DNA of 64,000 bases from Oikopleura dioica (Eukaryota > Animalia > Chordata). Numbering within the stretch: the stretch's first letter is position 1; each line of letters starts with the position of its first letter. The DNA lies in assembly GCA_907165135.1 (NCBI GenBank), contig OU015568.1, forward strand, positions 2,294,001 to 2,358,000, written 5' to 3'. Under the pieces are notes generated by a model. That model had not been told where the DNA came from. It searched no databases and saw only the letters and a list, made by a program, of their open reading frames with translations. A program made the position numbers and the translations under genes. Positions 36,854 through 50,141 of this stretch are shown here, piece after piece.

Positions 36854-37244
36854 TTTCTACGCGTGGCCGGAAAAAATGAAACAAATGTTCTCCGCCGGCG
36901 CTGGAAGAAACAGGCGAATATTTACACTTAGTAATCAAATAGCACTTGGCACTGGCGAGAATTTCGTTTTTTGTTCATTTTTTTGAAAATGTTTGCACAG
37001 CTCTTGAAAACGAGGCTGTTTGCTCATACAGAGAAAACATTTTTATGATAATGAACAATCATTTAGAGGATTATTTAGGGGTAGCGGCTTAAACTATTTT
37101 TTCTGAAATCTGATTGGACTAACCGCCGTACGCAGACATCTTATTCGTCAAAAATTAAGTCGATTTGAGCCAAATTCCTGATGATTTATTTCATTTTAGT
37201 AATTCAGTCAAAAAGTCTTAAAAAGGAAAAAATATGAATTGAAA

Positions 37245-40119
37245 TTATTTTATCTTCTCCAAATTTTCTTCGTCAATTTCTTTCTTTCTCGGTTGTATTT
37301 TTGAAACAATGAGTCCCCACAATTTCGCAAGGGGAACTTCGAACGTTACATAAGTAAAAGCGGAAATCGCGGTAGTCAACGCCGTGATATGCAGGAACAT
37401 CCACGTGACCCAGTATTCATCAACGTAGAAGTATTCCATTACAGAGGCTTGGTACAAGACGATCACATTGTAATGGAAAATATATACGCCGAAGGACAGT
37501 TTTGCGAGAATATTCCATCCCTAAGAGATTTCTACAAGCAGCATGGTATGAAAAAAGATTACCTCAAACGCCAAGAAGGAATTTATGAAGCTTCCGAATC
37601 CGCAGTCGCAGAGAAAAATCAACAATCCGAGAGCGAAAGCCCAAATGGCACGATGAGTCGCGTTCCAGAAATGAACAGACCCAGGGCTAGAAAAACATCC
37701 ACTAACCACATCCCATTTTTGATGGTGATCGTAGTAGAGATCGATCCTAAGCTCGTGGTACTTGTCCATGTCAACTTGGAAACAGATGTCAGAGAAGCCA
37801 TAAACAGTGAAATACAGCAAAAAGAGGGATAAAGCCCAAAGTAGAGCAACGATCGAGTATCCGATGATTTTTCTTTTGTTCACGAACGATTTGAATCCAT
37901 TGCCTTTTCTCTCCGCCAGAATAAGCCAGCCAAAAAGAACGCCGACTCCATAAGCATGATATCTCGACCAAGGTGTCAGGTAAAAATCCTCATCGAGCCC
38001 CGTTGGCCAGCTAAAAAGACAGTTATAATTTCGATAAATGTTTATTGAGTATACTCGTATGGAAGTTTCTGTTGTTGATAAGGCATTGCATCTTGATCAA
38101 CAGATCTTGACCAGGCCCAGCCGATGCTAGCACAGCTCAGTAAGACCGTAAGTGTTATTCCTAGCGCTTTATGAAATCCATATAAAACTGCTTGAAACGG
38201 AAAGAGAAGATTGTACCAAAATTCCGCTCCGAGGTACCAGATATGCGGTAGGCAACTAGCTCCTTCTTCGTAGAATCCTTGAACAAAGAACAGTGATCGA
38301 AGCCAGACGTTATTGTTGACGCAACCAGCTCCGTAAATATTCAGGCTTTGCTATGTTCAACTTTTTTAAATGAACGAGAAAATTGACTTGCCTGAGAAAT
38401 ACCACGAGCGCCAAGAAGTGGGAAGATACTGGTTGCGAACCATATACCTAGGGCCTAAAAAGGGATCGAAAATCACTATTGGCACACCCATGAGCTGGTT
38501 GTAGAATTTCGATCCCTTTCAAAAGGGGCACGATTCGCATCCATCGATTCGCAAAATTGAGCAAAAATGTCATCAAAAATCCAACCGGCCGTTTACTCGA
38601 TGAAATAATCTTATCTGTTCCCAAATATGCTACAAGAATTCCTCCCATACAGAAAAACGAGTCCACTACAATATACTCTATTAAATATCATTGTTATCAT
38701 TACAACCTGAGGGAAGAGCATTGACGATGCTTTTCATCCAGTCCCCTCTTGTCAAATGAAGTTGGATTTCTTCCTGATTTTCTAGAACTGCGATTCCTTG
38801 GCTTATCATGTGACCAATGACTACCCACCAGATTGACATTGACCGAATTCCGTCGAGACATAAGATTGCCTTCTTTGGTCGTTTTGTGTTGACCAAACTT
38901 GCATAATTCGTAGGAACATGAAATGCCTTCAAAATCGCGTTGCTACTCGGCTGTAAGGATCCAACAACAAAAACGAATAAAAAATACAGCCCAAGAAGCA
39001 CTGATGAAGCAATTATCGTCGGTTTTGCAACTCGATAGAGCGGTTCTACAAATTTAACGAGTCGTCTAACTCCACTTGGAATTTCGACCCATCCAACTTC
39101 GGCTGATCTTTGGACCCACGCGTCGTCGGGACTTGCATGATTCATCATCAAGAAATCATTGTGATAGTTTCCAAGAATACTCATGAACATGGAAAACAAT
39201 TGATCATCGTTTATTTCATCTCTTGCCAAGAGCAGTTCAACTGGCGAGCACTGAGCTGGATAACACAAGCCCAGACGACCAGTTTGGCCGTATAGACCGC
39301 AATTGGCAGCTCTGCAATTCGCGTACTCCTCATCTGTTTCTGTAAAATTATAGAGTTGTCCTTTCGCATCGCACTCTGCTCCACACGCTCTGAAATCCTT
39401 CACTCCATATCCGACTATGTTTCTAAGTATTTCGATCCCTCCGTATTCTATTTGCCAGCCATAAGCGCCCGAGTAGAGAATTTCTCCACTCTTGTCTCGT
39501 TTTTCGGCAAAATAGCATTGAGTAGGTTTGCCAGTGTAGAATGGAAAGAGCTGTTTTCCAGAATATTTTGCGAGGAAATTCCCGATTTGGTACAGATTCC
39601 CGCCTTTCTTAGGAGAGACAACTTTTCGAAAAAAAAAGTCAGGATAAAATAAATTTTACACAAATTTTGTCCCATTCCTTTATACCCCCAAGATGAGCAC
39701 ATGATCTTTGCCGGGTTAAGTTTTCCATCGACAAAATCACCTCCACTCAAATCTCTCTCAAAGTGGTCCAGGGCTGTTAGGCATTTTTCCTTATCCAACA
39801 ACCCAGTTTTGAGCAAATTCGAATGATAATCAGAGAAACCAGATTCAAGAAAAACATACCACTTTTCGATTCTCTCTTTCCATCCCTCTGCTAGTGAGCA
39901 TTTCCACTCATCTGCCAAATCGTTCGCTGGTTCAATCAATTTAGGCTTTTCTTCTACATCCTCAGTTTCGAGATCCGCTAAGTTTGGAAGATATGTCTTG
40001 GCTTTCAGTGGCGAGAGGTAGGAACTTTGATGATCTTCATAATTGGCGACTTTCTCGATGAAATCTTTCAGATCATCAGCAAAAAAAGTAGAAAATAAAA
40101 GGAGAAACAGATTTCTCAT
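37245..40119 (-). CDS. NRF-6-like O-acyltransferase (acyltransferase-3 family, multipass membrane)
   Basis: Signal peptide, Cys-containing luminal domain (GRLGLCYPAQCS), motifs LDGIRSMSIWWVVIGH, VDSFFCMGG and RWMRIVP, many TM segments. Confidence 0.85.
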
Positions 40120-40615
40120 TTTCTCTGCTTATATTTGCACTGCCTTACTTTAGGGAATTCTTGCTGTCATTATTTGGTACACAAATACTTACGCAATCAA
40201 CTTTTGGTCAGGCTGTTTCATCAGTGAATAAACAGACCTTTGAGACATTTCCGAAAGTCTGTTTCTTGGCGAGAATAAACTCGTAGCAAATGGTTCTTGC
40301 TGAATGTATTTGGCAGTGATTTATGAAGAAATTCAGATTTCTCGAAGTTTTTCTACAAAATCTTGATTATCCTGGCTTTATTTGTTTTAATACCTTTGAG
40401 TGCAACGAGGAACTCTTCAGATAAGTTCTCGACCTTGCAGCATTCGCGGCAGCTTCTTGTTTTTCCGGTTGAAATGATCTTGGCTGCTCCTGTTTTTCGC
40501 CTCGACTCTGCGTTTTTGTCCGCTTGGCTCATACGACTTGGGCACTAGAAAATAAAAGGAGATCAAAATTAGCGAAATAGAAATATTTTGTGTTGAAGAT
40601 GAAAAAATAGAAAGA

Positions 40616-43600
40616 TCATGCACATCCGTAGCCGAAGCATGGGAGGTTAAAATCTGGTAGTTGTTGATTCTGGGCAGCGGGCAGTCTAGCTACAACGCGG
40701 TTGAGCAGTTGTGGAGCTTGATTAGGGTTAGTGGAAGAGAATGAATATCTAAAGCTGAAGCGGCCGTTGTTAGTGTTTTGCGGTGGAGGGTTAGTGTCGT
40801 CGTTGGCGGAACAAACCAGAGCGTTCGGGCCAAGCTCGCAACATTCTTCGGCTTCGGCGACTCCGGCGATGAAGGCTAGGTCTTGAACGAGACCTGTACC
40901 AGAAGAAAGGAGCTTGAAGTCGGATCGTTGTTCAGCCCTAGAAATTTGAGTTCGAGGTAGAGTTTTTTGTGAGCCTACGTTTGAACAGTCGGCAGATCAA
41001 GCGTTCCGACTTGCAGGCAATCAACAAGAACAGTCACATCAAGTTCGTCGAAAAACACTTGAATTTTGTGAAAGTTTCCATCGTTCAAATTCGGTAAGAG
41101 ATCGCCCCTGATCATATCCTCTGCTCCTTCGCGACGAACGACGAGATCACCGTTTTGGAATGAGAAGGAGGCGTAGTCTTGGCCGTTGTATTGCACTTGG
41201 AAGGCTTCGAAATCTTGGGATTGGAGGGAAAAGGTGAAGACGACGGAGAAGACTTTGCTTAGTCCACCGGGAAAGACTGAAGACAAGGAAGAAGCGAAAG
41301 AATTGCCAGCGGAACTGGAGCCTGAGCTGCCAAACTTCCAGGCTGAATGGCCTGGCGCACTTCCGCGGACAGCGTTAGAATTTCGGAATCCCATGGTTTT
41401 GAGAAGATTTGCACCGGAGGTAATTTTGCCATTTCTAGAAGACATAAGGAGCGAAATTTAGTATGATAATTACCTTCTGTAAGAAGAAAAATGGTTGACA
41501 GAAGCATAAGAGCCAAATCGATTCGACTCTGTTTCTGGCCCTACAAATTCTTCTGATGAACTTTTATCGACGAATTCTTCAATTACTGGCGCAACATAAG
41601 GCGTTTGGGTTTTGACCGGTTCAGGAATGTATGGAGCTGGAGTATTTCGAACTGGAGGCACGTACGCTCTCTGGGTTGTTGGTTTTGGTGGTGGTTGGTA
41701 AGGTTTTTGCGTTGTGAATGTCTTTTTCGGGAATCGGAAAATGAGGGGTCTTTATTTACAGAAAAAATATAGATTGAAATTGTTGAAATTTGTACAAAAT
41801 TGGCCACAAAGATTTTGACTTTATTAATTTCATTCAAAAAAGAAGTTGGACGAGCGAAATCCAGACTTTCTATTTCAAAATTTATGCCTTTGAAATTATT
41901 TTTGATGAAGTTTTTTTTCAATGAGTTAGTAATGGCTTGTTTCAGTTGCATTCCTCGTTCCTGATAATAAGTAGGTGGATCGCGGGCTAGTTCAAAATGC
42001 TTTGCATTAGGTTGTCAGTGATGGATAGGTTTTGAGGCAGATACTCTTCCTTCGAGAGAGAGTATCGCACTTTAGTTAAATGAGAGGTTAAATTTAAAAC
42101 CACTTGACAAGGTACTGCTTGGGTCTTGGCCCGAAGTAATTTTTAACACGTCATTACAGACAAGTCTCTCCAAGTGGCCTCGTACTCGTTGGACGGCACT
42201 GTAGTCGGCTGAAGCAGCGTTTTGTGTCTACTCGACAGGAGAAACTTATTTACCTCCTTGAATGAAGATCACGTGATTTTCATAGGGCTCAGAGGCGATT
42301 TCTCGGAGCTCGGACTCGATAGCATTACCGACTCCAATGGCGAAAATTCGGACTCCTTTAGCACGGAGACTTTTAGCCGCAGCGGGGACAATTGCACGAT
42401 CTTAAATCGGGTCTAGAAGTGGGTTGAGCAAATAGATTACCTTGAGGAGTTCCATCAGTGACGAAGATGAGGATCTTCGGAACTTCTTCTCGCCATCGAT
42501 TATTGGTTTCAATAAACTAAAATGTCGTTAACATCGTTAATATTCCGTTTTTATTGGAGTCATGAATTATTTAAGTTTTCAAAGTCGACGATAGTCCAAA
42601 AAATAAGTTCTGTAAAGATTCAAAGGCAAATAACTGTATTTTCGAAGATGAAAGATGCTTATTTGGTTGTTAATCAAAGTGATTGTCATTTGAGATCATG
42701 CGAATAATGGGAAACTGGGAACTGTTCCAAATATACCTTTAGTGCTTGTCCTGTGTGCGTGTCACCCCCTGTATATTTCATCGCTTCGACTTTTTCTACG
42801 AAGTCATCTTGTGAATGAATGGCTCCGAGTTTGATTGCACTGTCAGTATGCACATTCGTCGAATATGTCAACACGCCGACTTGAACATCACCGCTGCGAA
42901 GATCGAACACCGAGGAGACGTTTGCCACGAAATTCTTCGCGTAACCGTAGTTATTTCTTGATTTAAACTTTGATTCAAGGCCGAAATTGAAAGTTGCTGA
43001 TAAGGCGAATTACTGTACCTGGTGACAGAAGAAGATGAGTCGACGATAAACTGCAAATCTACAGAAATGTCACCGCAGACGCCGCTAGTCTTTGGCTTCG
43101 CTTTTTTACAGACTCGGCCAAGAAGAGAGCTCTTGATTTTCGAGATTGAGTCGAAATCACGTGTTTCGTAGACGAAATCTTCGTCGGTTGCGATGCGGTT
43201 CAACTCGTTTCGGTCGATCAGATCACCGACGCCGATCGCGTAGACAAGAATATTCGCCTGAATCAGTAATTCATTCATAATTTTAGTAGAATCAAAGTTA
43301 CCTCCTTGAGAATTTCAATTTGCGCATCAAGTCTTTCTTTGTCCGTAGCATCACCATCGGTGATCAACAAAATAATCTTGGGCACACTTGGCCTTCCTTC
43401 CGCCAGCATCTGTTGGGCTCGTTCGAGTGCTCCTCCCGTGTTTGTTTTTCCTTGAATGAAGGGCACCTTCATCAATTTTTCCTAAAAGCACTTTGTTCGC
43501 GTTTTCCGAGGACTAATTGGGCACTCACTTTTAATTCGGCAATATCGGTGGAAAGGTCCGACACTTTGATGATTGAGGTTGCATATTTGACGAGGCCAAC

Positions 43601-46600
43601 TTGAACACCGTATTCCTATTTTATTGGATAAACTTGGCCGAGTAACCTGAAAAAATAAAGCCCAAAAAGTTCATTCACGCTCCTGTACTCCAAGTTTATC
43701 GATAAATTCTCCAGTCCAGGTCTTTTGGAAAGGGTTACGAATTAAGGATATCTCCTTATGTTTTCCCAAAGTGTAACCCCTGCCTTGAGCTTCTTGAAAT
43801 TATCGGCTTTGACCGAGTCTGATCCGTCAAAAACGATGGCCATGTCCATTGAAGCAGAATCACATGACTGCTTAGACTTGACATCCTCGCAAATTTGGCC
43901 AGTCAGAGCATTTTTGAACTGAAAAAAATCATTTTGACTCGAAGACAAGAATTTTGCTATTACCTTGTTGATTCCTTCGACAGTGTTAGCATATTTGATG
44001 TGTTGAGTCACAGGTTCAGTTGCGATTTGGTTCATCATTTTTGTATTCATCTGCGATTCATTGCCGATTCCGATGACGAAGACAGAAACGTCCTGGGCAT
44101 GTAGTTTCTTGGCAGCCTCCAGAACTCGCTGAATAAATCAGTTAACAAGGCCAAAGGTACTTGGCAGTAATAAACCTCCGGATGATTGTCCTGTCCATCA
44201 GAAATGAGAACCAAAACTTTTGGAGCTTGAGATCGTGCACCAAAGTCTAAAAAAGTCATCAGTAAAGTGAACGTGGAAATACTGTACCTTTATCGTGGAA
44301 ATGCTCAGCAGCGAAAAGCAAAGCCTTTTTTGCGGGTGAAAGCATTGATTTTTTTGTTTTCAAAGAGCGGGAAGGGTTAATTTTAGCGTTAATTTTTAAG
44401 CGGTTTATACAGTTACGAGCGGTTACGTCATAGGAGTATCTCATGTCAACAAACTACTTGTAGTTTTTTGATTAAACAGGGAAGTGACATCAAACTGTAT
44501 GATTAACGTCATCTGATTATTCGCTTTATTCATAATTAATCTTATATTGACTTCTAGTTGATAGCTTTAGTTTTAGTAAATTGTACAACTGTAAACTGCG
44601 AATTTAATAATTGAGCAAGCGATATATAAGAACAGCTCGTCTTAGCTCTTAGATGCAATTATATGTTTAGTTATAGAGTTACTTTTGGAGTGGATGACGC
44701 CTGAAATGTACTCAAGCGCCCGGGCCTTGTCAGTTCGAGTCGAGCCGTTTTGAAGTCTTTCAAAAGTTTTTCCATAATCGCCCATAATAATAAATCAATA
44801 ACTCATGAAAAACTCGTAGCTCATTCGCTTGATGCCATCTTCGACTTCAGCGGCTGTTTTGAAGTCGTTGAGGTCGAATTCTGGAATAGGCTCCGATGTG
44901 TATTGGATGACGGAGACTTGCGTTGCCACCGGGCCGATTTGGAAGCTTTTTGTCACTGCCGACGGATTTTTCTGACTCGAACATTGCATTATTTACGTCA
45001 TTGCATATGGAACTAATGTCAATGTAATTATTATAGATGCCAAGAAAGTAAGAATTTTTATCACCGATAATGGTCGAAAACGACGGAATTATCAATTAGA
45101 AGTTGAATTGATGACTTGTATTTTTTTTTAATAAATCCGGTCCTGAAATTAACCAATCTCTTGCAATCTCAAAATTGGCTGATCCAATCGAGCCAGAAGA
45201 GTCAAGCATGAAAACCAAGTCAAGTTCTTGATCCGGGCATACATCTGAAAACAAGGTTCGGAGCAGATTATCCAGTTTGTAAATTAACCTTCTGAAGCAG
45301 AGCAGACCTCGGCCAAGAGTTTCTGGTTAAATTGGCCGATGTTGTTGAAAGTTCGCGTCTTCCAGACTCTTTGCTGAAGAAAAGCATTATTATAAGCACA
45401 AATGTGTTTATCGAAAAAGAATTATCATAGGAAAAAGCTTACATCGTTTCCAGTAATTTCAACAAGCTCTTGAGTCCTTGCTCTTCCGATTCCAACAGCG
45501 AAAATATCAACGCCATCATCTCGAATTTCCTGAGCAATCGGTCCATAAGCATCATCAGAAGCTCCGTCTTTAAGCAGCTCATTATCAAAAAGAAGAGAAT
45601 TTAACAAGTAATAACCTCCTCTCGTTCACTTATTGAAAGAGGAGGGCGCTAGATGTAAATTTTGGACCGCGTATAAAAAGGGGGTCGACTCTTTTCTCCG
45701 CTTATAGAGATTTTCGATAAATAGTTTTATAATTTTCATGAGGTTTTTACTTTTACTTTTAGTTTGTTTGGCTCTGTCTTCGGTAAGAGATAATTGGATA
45801 ATATTATTGAATAAACGATGATTTAAGAAAATGGTCAGAAGATTTAATTCTGCACAAGAATACAACAGAGCCTTTTTACAATGGATACAACGGGGGCTTC
45901 AAAATCAGGTATAATTTTCGTGGAGCTCGATGTTTTATGAAGATTTTAGGGATACCGTGGAACTCAGCGGAGATTCATTATCTGAGCTTTGTCATATTCC
46001 CTGTTTCGAACGAAAATATCGACAGTTTTCTATATACAGTCAAAAAGTGTCTATACAAATATACCTTGCAAATATTCATCAAAATAATCATAAAGAGTTT
46101 TCTGAATATTGAATCATCTACCTGTTAGAAGAAGAACTATTCGTTTTCGCCCGGGTTCACTGTCACTTAGAAGAGATTGGGCTTGTTTCAGGGCGTTTCC
46201 GGTGAAGGTCTTGCCACCTCGGCCGTTTCGACCTTGGAAATAGACCATGTCGTCGACTTTGCGGGTGATTGAGTTCAGATCTAGAATCATTCTATGATAA
46301 ATTATTCGTTCGTATTTTTTTTACCTAGAGTATTGAAGTCAACAACGGTGTTAGCTGCTTTGGTGTATTGAACAACTGAAAATCGAGCGAAATTTTCTCC
46401 GACTTTGAATGAGCTTGCGATGCTCTTTACCCAGTTTTTCATGTATCTTTGAAGAATTTTTATATTTCTTTTATAAAATTTCTCACCCGAATCGCTTTGG
46501 TCCGATAGAACCAGAAGAGTCAACGACGAAAACGATGTCGGCAAAGATATCTGGGCATTCAGCTTCTTTACATACATCTCCAAGGATTCCAATTCGCTTC

Positions 46601-49600
46601 AAAATCAGCTGATCGAAATTGTTGATCTCAAAGACGTATTTGTCCGCAGGCTTGGAAGCGATCTCGTGCAGCTCTTGTCGATCGTAGCAGTTGTGGTTCT
46701 CGCCGTAGCCGCATTGATGGCCGATTCTTGAATTTTTCATGGACTGATTTGTTCTAAGCGTTTTGCTTACCCGATTGCGTAGATTTCTGCTTCTTGGGCG
46801 CGGATCAGTTCTGCTGGCCTTGCGATTTCCGCGGGGCAGTTTCGCTTTCCATCGGTCATGACAATGACTCGCTGGTCGACGTCAGATCTTTGTCCGGCTT
46901 GAGAGGTGAACATGTTTCTGTAGAAATAATCAAGAGCTTCCCCGATGCATGTATCACCGTTGAGCTTTCTCATTCCATCAATGGCGCCTTATTTAAAATT
47001 CAGTCGAAAAAGGTGACATTGAAAGAACTAACCGATGACGGCTTGCTTTGAGGTTGACCTGTCGAAAGTCAGAACGGGGTTGATCCAGCGTCCTTGAGCG
47101 CGAGCTGATTGGCCAGAAAACTAGGATAATTGTTTTTCTGTATTTCTTATCTCTCGACCCTACCTGGAGAATCGAAACTCGTGATGCATTTTCGCCAATT
47201 TCAAGCTTCTCGATGATCGATTTCATCCATGTCTTCAGCTTTTGATAGTCAGAAATCGTAATTGAAGAGGACGAGTCAACAATGAAGGACAGATCCTGCT
47301 TGACGGAGCTGATGCAGTTGTCTGATTTTAATGAAGAGCAGAGTTTATTGTATAGCGTGTCTGTAATGCCCGTAAGCGCATTATAATTAGGGTCCACGCT
47401 CAAAAAATAGGTACCCGAAATAGAGCTCCTATAATTCTCAAAATTAGATATGTAAAACAACTATAAAAAACAAGCATTTTGACCCTTTTTCAAAAAAAAT
47501 CTATAAAAGAGTTGAGAAATAATGATGCCTCAAAGTGGGCAAAAATGCAAAATCACCCAAGAACGCGTGTTTTTTTAAATTTAAAATTGTAAAAATATGT
47601 TATTTTGAATTCTTAATTCGAAACTAAAATCCTTTTTTTGGAGGATGGCCTAAATTTTACGAAATCGACAATTTTCCGTAAATTCTGAGCCATTTTCAAA
47701 GAGCGCGCGGCGCGATGCCTCAGGCGGTCCAAGGGTGTCCACAAAGAAAACAAAGCAGAGCGCTGTCTGGCGCTTCAGCTAACTCAGGTAAGCTTCATAC
47801 AAATGGCTCTAGAATAATAAATACTAAGAATCAATTTAAAACTACACGTTAGAAATTTAGACAAGGGTCAAAATTTTAAATTTTTCAAAAAAACTCGATC
47901 AATTTATTAATTTATTTCAGACAATTATCTCTTTCCTATGGAAGTCAAAAATAAAGAATTCTCAGGCTTTAAAAACCTCCGGATGTCGGCAAAATGACCA
48001 TTTTAGGAAAACAAGGGAGAAAAGCCCCATCCCTGGCTTTTAAATTTAAATGGGCTTGACGGCCCTTCGGGCCGTCTCAGCCCCATCCCTGGCTTTTAAA
48101 TTTAAATGGGCTTGACGGCCCTTCGGGCCGTCTCAGCCCCATCCCTGGCTTTTAAATTTAAATGGGCTTGACGGCCCTTCGGGCCGTCTCAGCCCCATCC
48201 CTGGCTTTTAAATTTAAATGGGCTTGACGGCCCTTCGGGCCGTCTCAGCCCCATCCCTGGCTTTTAAATTTAAATGGGCTTGACGGCCCTTCGGGCCGTC
48301 TCAGCCCCATCCCTGGCTTTTAAATTTAAATGGGCTTGACGGCCCTTCGGGCCGTCTCAGCCCCATCCCTGGCTTTTAAATTTAAATGGGCTTGACGGCC
48401 CTTCGGGCCGTCTCAGCCCCATCCCTGGCTTTTAAATTTAAATGGGCTTGACGGCCCTTCGGGCCGTCTCAGCCCCATCCCTGGCTTTTAAATTTAAATG
48501 GGCTTGACGGCCCTTCGGGCCGTCTCAGCCCCATCCCTGGCTTTTAAATTTAAATGGGCTTGACTTAGGCCGGGGCCTCTACCTAGCTCATTTCATTAAG
48601 TCAAGCTTTGTCCCCAACCCCACCCACACCCGTATTTTACGTTAGACCTATCGTTCATTTATTTTATATAATTATGGTCTTTACAAAAATAAAGAAATAC
48701 TTCTTTTTTTATTTTTTCAAAAATTTTTATTATGAGTTTATTTTTTTATTCATTTGATTTCTAGTTAAGATTTTATTTAATTTCATTAGTGTAATTATCC
48801 TTATTTGTAAAATAATGGATTTTTAAAGAAGTTTCGACGTGGCCACCCTTGCGATGCCCCTAGGCCATCGCGCGCTGAGCGAGCTGCGCGCCGCTGATTT
48901 TTGCCTTTTTAGGGCCATTTTTACGGGATTGCTGGGAAAAAACTTCATCCTCCAAAAATAAATTGGTCGATTTGGGGTTAAAAAAGGGCTACGATTTCGC
49001 CTGTGTTAATTAAAATTTTATAAGAGCCGTTCTTCATGGTTTTTTGGGTGTTTTTTCTTCATAACTCCTCAACCCTTTTTCATTTCGGGTTGAAATTTAG
49101 CTTGTTTTACTCAGCTCTTCGAGATCTTCATCTTTTATGTTGATGAAAAGACCTCAAAAGCAATATTTAAAAAGTTTTATTTTTTGAGCGTGGACCCTAA
49201 TTATAATTCGCCGTCTTGAAGACATATTCTGGCAGACCAGCAATCTTCTCCAGTTCATTTGCGTCGACGGAATTGCCGATTCCGACGGAGAAGACGAAAA
49301 CCTTATCACCAATGAGGTCAGAAGCGGCTTTTTCAATTTCGTCTTGGCTGACTCCATCAGTTAAAACGATCAAAACTTGGGAAGCAGTCTTTCGAGCACG
49401 GGAAAGGACGTTGTTTCGGACATATCTGAGAGCGCTTCCGGCATGTGTGTTTCCAGTCATATATCTATCATCAGATTGACAGCCCAGCTCATTTGTAGGT
49501 CAGTGAAGTGAGAATTGTCTAGCCCGCGTCTCTCTGTTCTCGTTTCTTAGAATTTATTACAGATCCCACGCGTCTAAACTGTCAACCCTTGTTCCTAAGC

Positions 49601-50141
49601 TTCGCCAAGTCATTCTTAATCTGCCCAGCGTTGCCAGAAAGTGGAAATCCGAAGCCATTTCTGTCCGAAACATTGTCGGTGAATTGAACAACAGAAACTC
49701 TCGTTGCTGTCGCCGAGACGTCAAATTTGTCGACAAAGTCGGCGATCCATTTTTTCATCAAGTCAAATGAAACTTGCGAGACAGAAGAAGATCCGTCAGC
49801 GAGGAAGACAAGCTCCATCTGGACACCCGCACATCCTAGGAAAAATAAATCTTTCTGAACTTCAAAATCAGGCTGAAAAGTTATTTTTTGCGGCTGTTTC
49901 AATAAGCATTAAGAAAATCTTTTTTTTTTTGCGAAGCGAATTTTAAGCATTTGCGGGGCGAATTATTAAAAAAGCATCACCTGAAGCACTACGGGTTGTC
50001 CTCGCTAAAAATTTTTAACTCTTGTTTCAATTTTTCTTTCATTTCTTTTGTTTGACTTAATTTCCCTTTGAACTTACCTGCTCGGACGTCGACAGAATTG
50101 ACAAATGAGCATAAAACAGAAAATATTGAAAACCACCTCAT
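40616..50141 (-). CDS. Secreted extracellular-matrix protein with about 6 VWA domains, a Pro/Thr linker and a TSPN/LamG-like domain; exon disrupted by a hAT element
   Basis: ATG 50141 MRWFSIFSVLCSFVNS. MIDAS-type starts LVFLADGSSS, LSFIVDSSSS, IVFVVDSSGS, LVFMLDSSGS, MAIVFDGSDS and LQFIVDSSSS; TSPN-like DGNFHKIQVFFDELDVTVLVDC; ends PCFGYGCA*. Confidence 0.85.
47380..49207. mobile_element. Non-autonomous hAT-like element, 1812 bp (47388-49199), 8-bp TSD ATTATAAT, inserted in a coding exon
   Basis: Perfect TIR TAGGGTCCACGCTCAAAAAATA; TSD at 47380-47387 and 49200-49207. Removing it restores ...KTANYN-ALTGIT... No transposase ORF. Confidence 0.9.
48023..48564. repeat. Tandem array of a 56-bp unit, about 9.7 identical copies
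   Basis: Unit AGCCCCATCCCTGGCTTTTAAATTTAAATGGGCTTGACGGCCCTTCGGGCCGTCTC repeats with period 56 (starts at 48023, 48079 ... 48527). Confidence 0.97.

Larger units (their letters stand above)
32337..38210. repeat. Tandem segmental duplication (unit A ~32337-35673, unit B ~35674-38210)
   Basis: Paired near-identical ORFs (34074/36671, 34706/37245, 34982/37521, 33243/35630). Junction near 35674 joins acyltransferase sequence to laminin-like sequence. Confidence 0.9.

Noticed and set aside
40363-40548. Signal-peptide-like ORF on the plus strand
   Set aside because: TTG start, lies just downstream of the VWA gene on the opposite strand, and has no other support.
48023-48564. CRISPR-like array
   Set aside because: Units are contiguous and identical with no unique spacers, there are no cas genes, and the context is eukaryotic.
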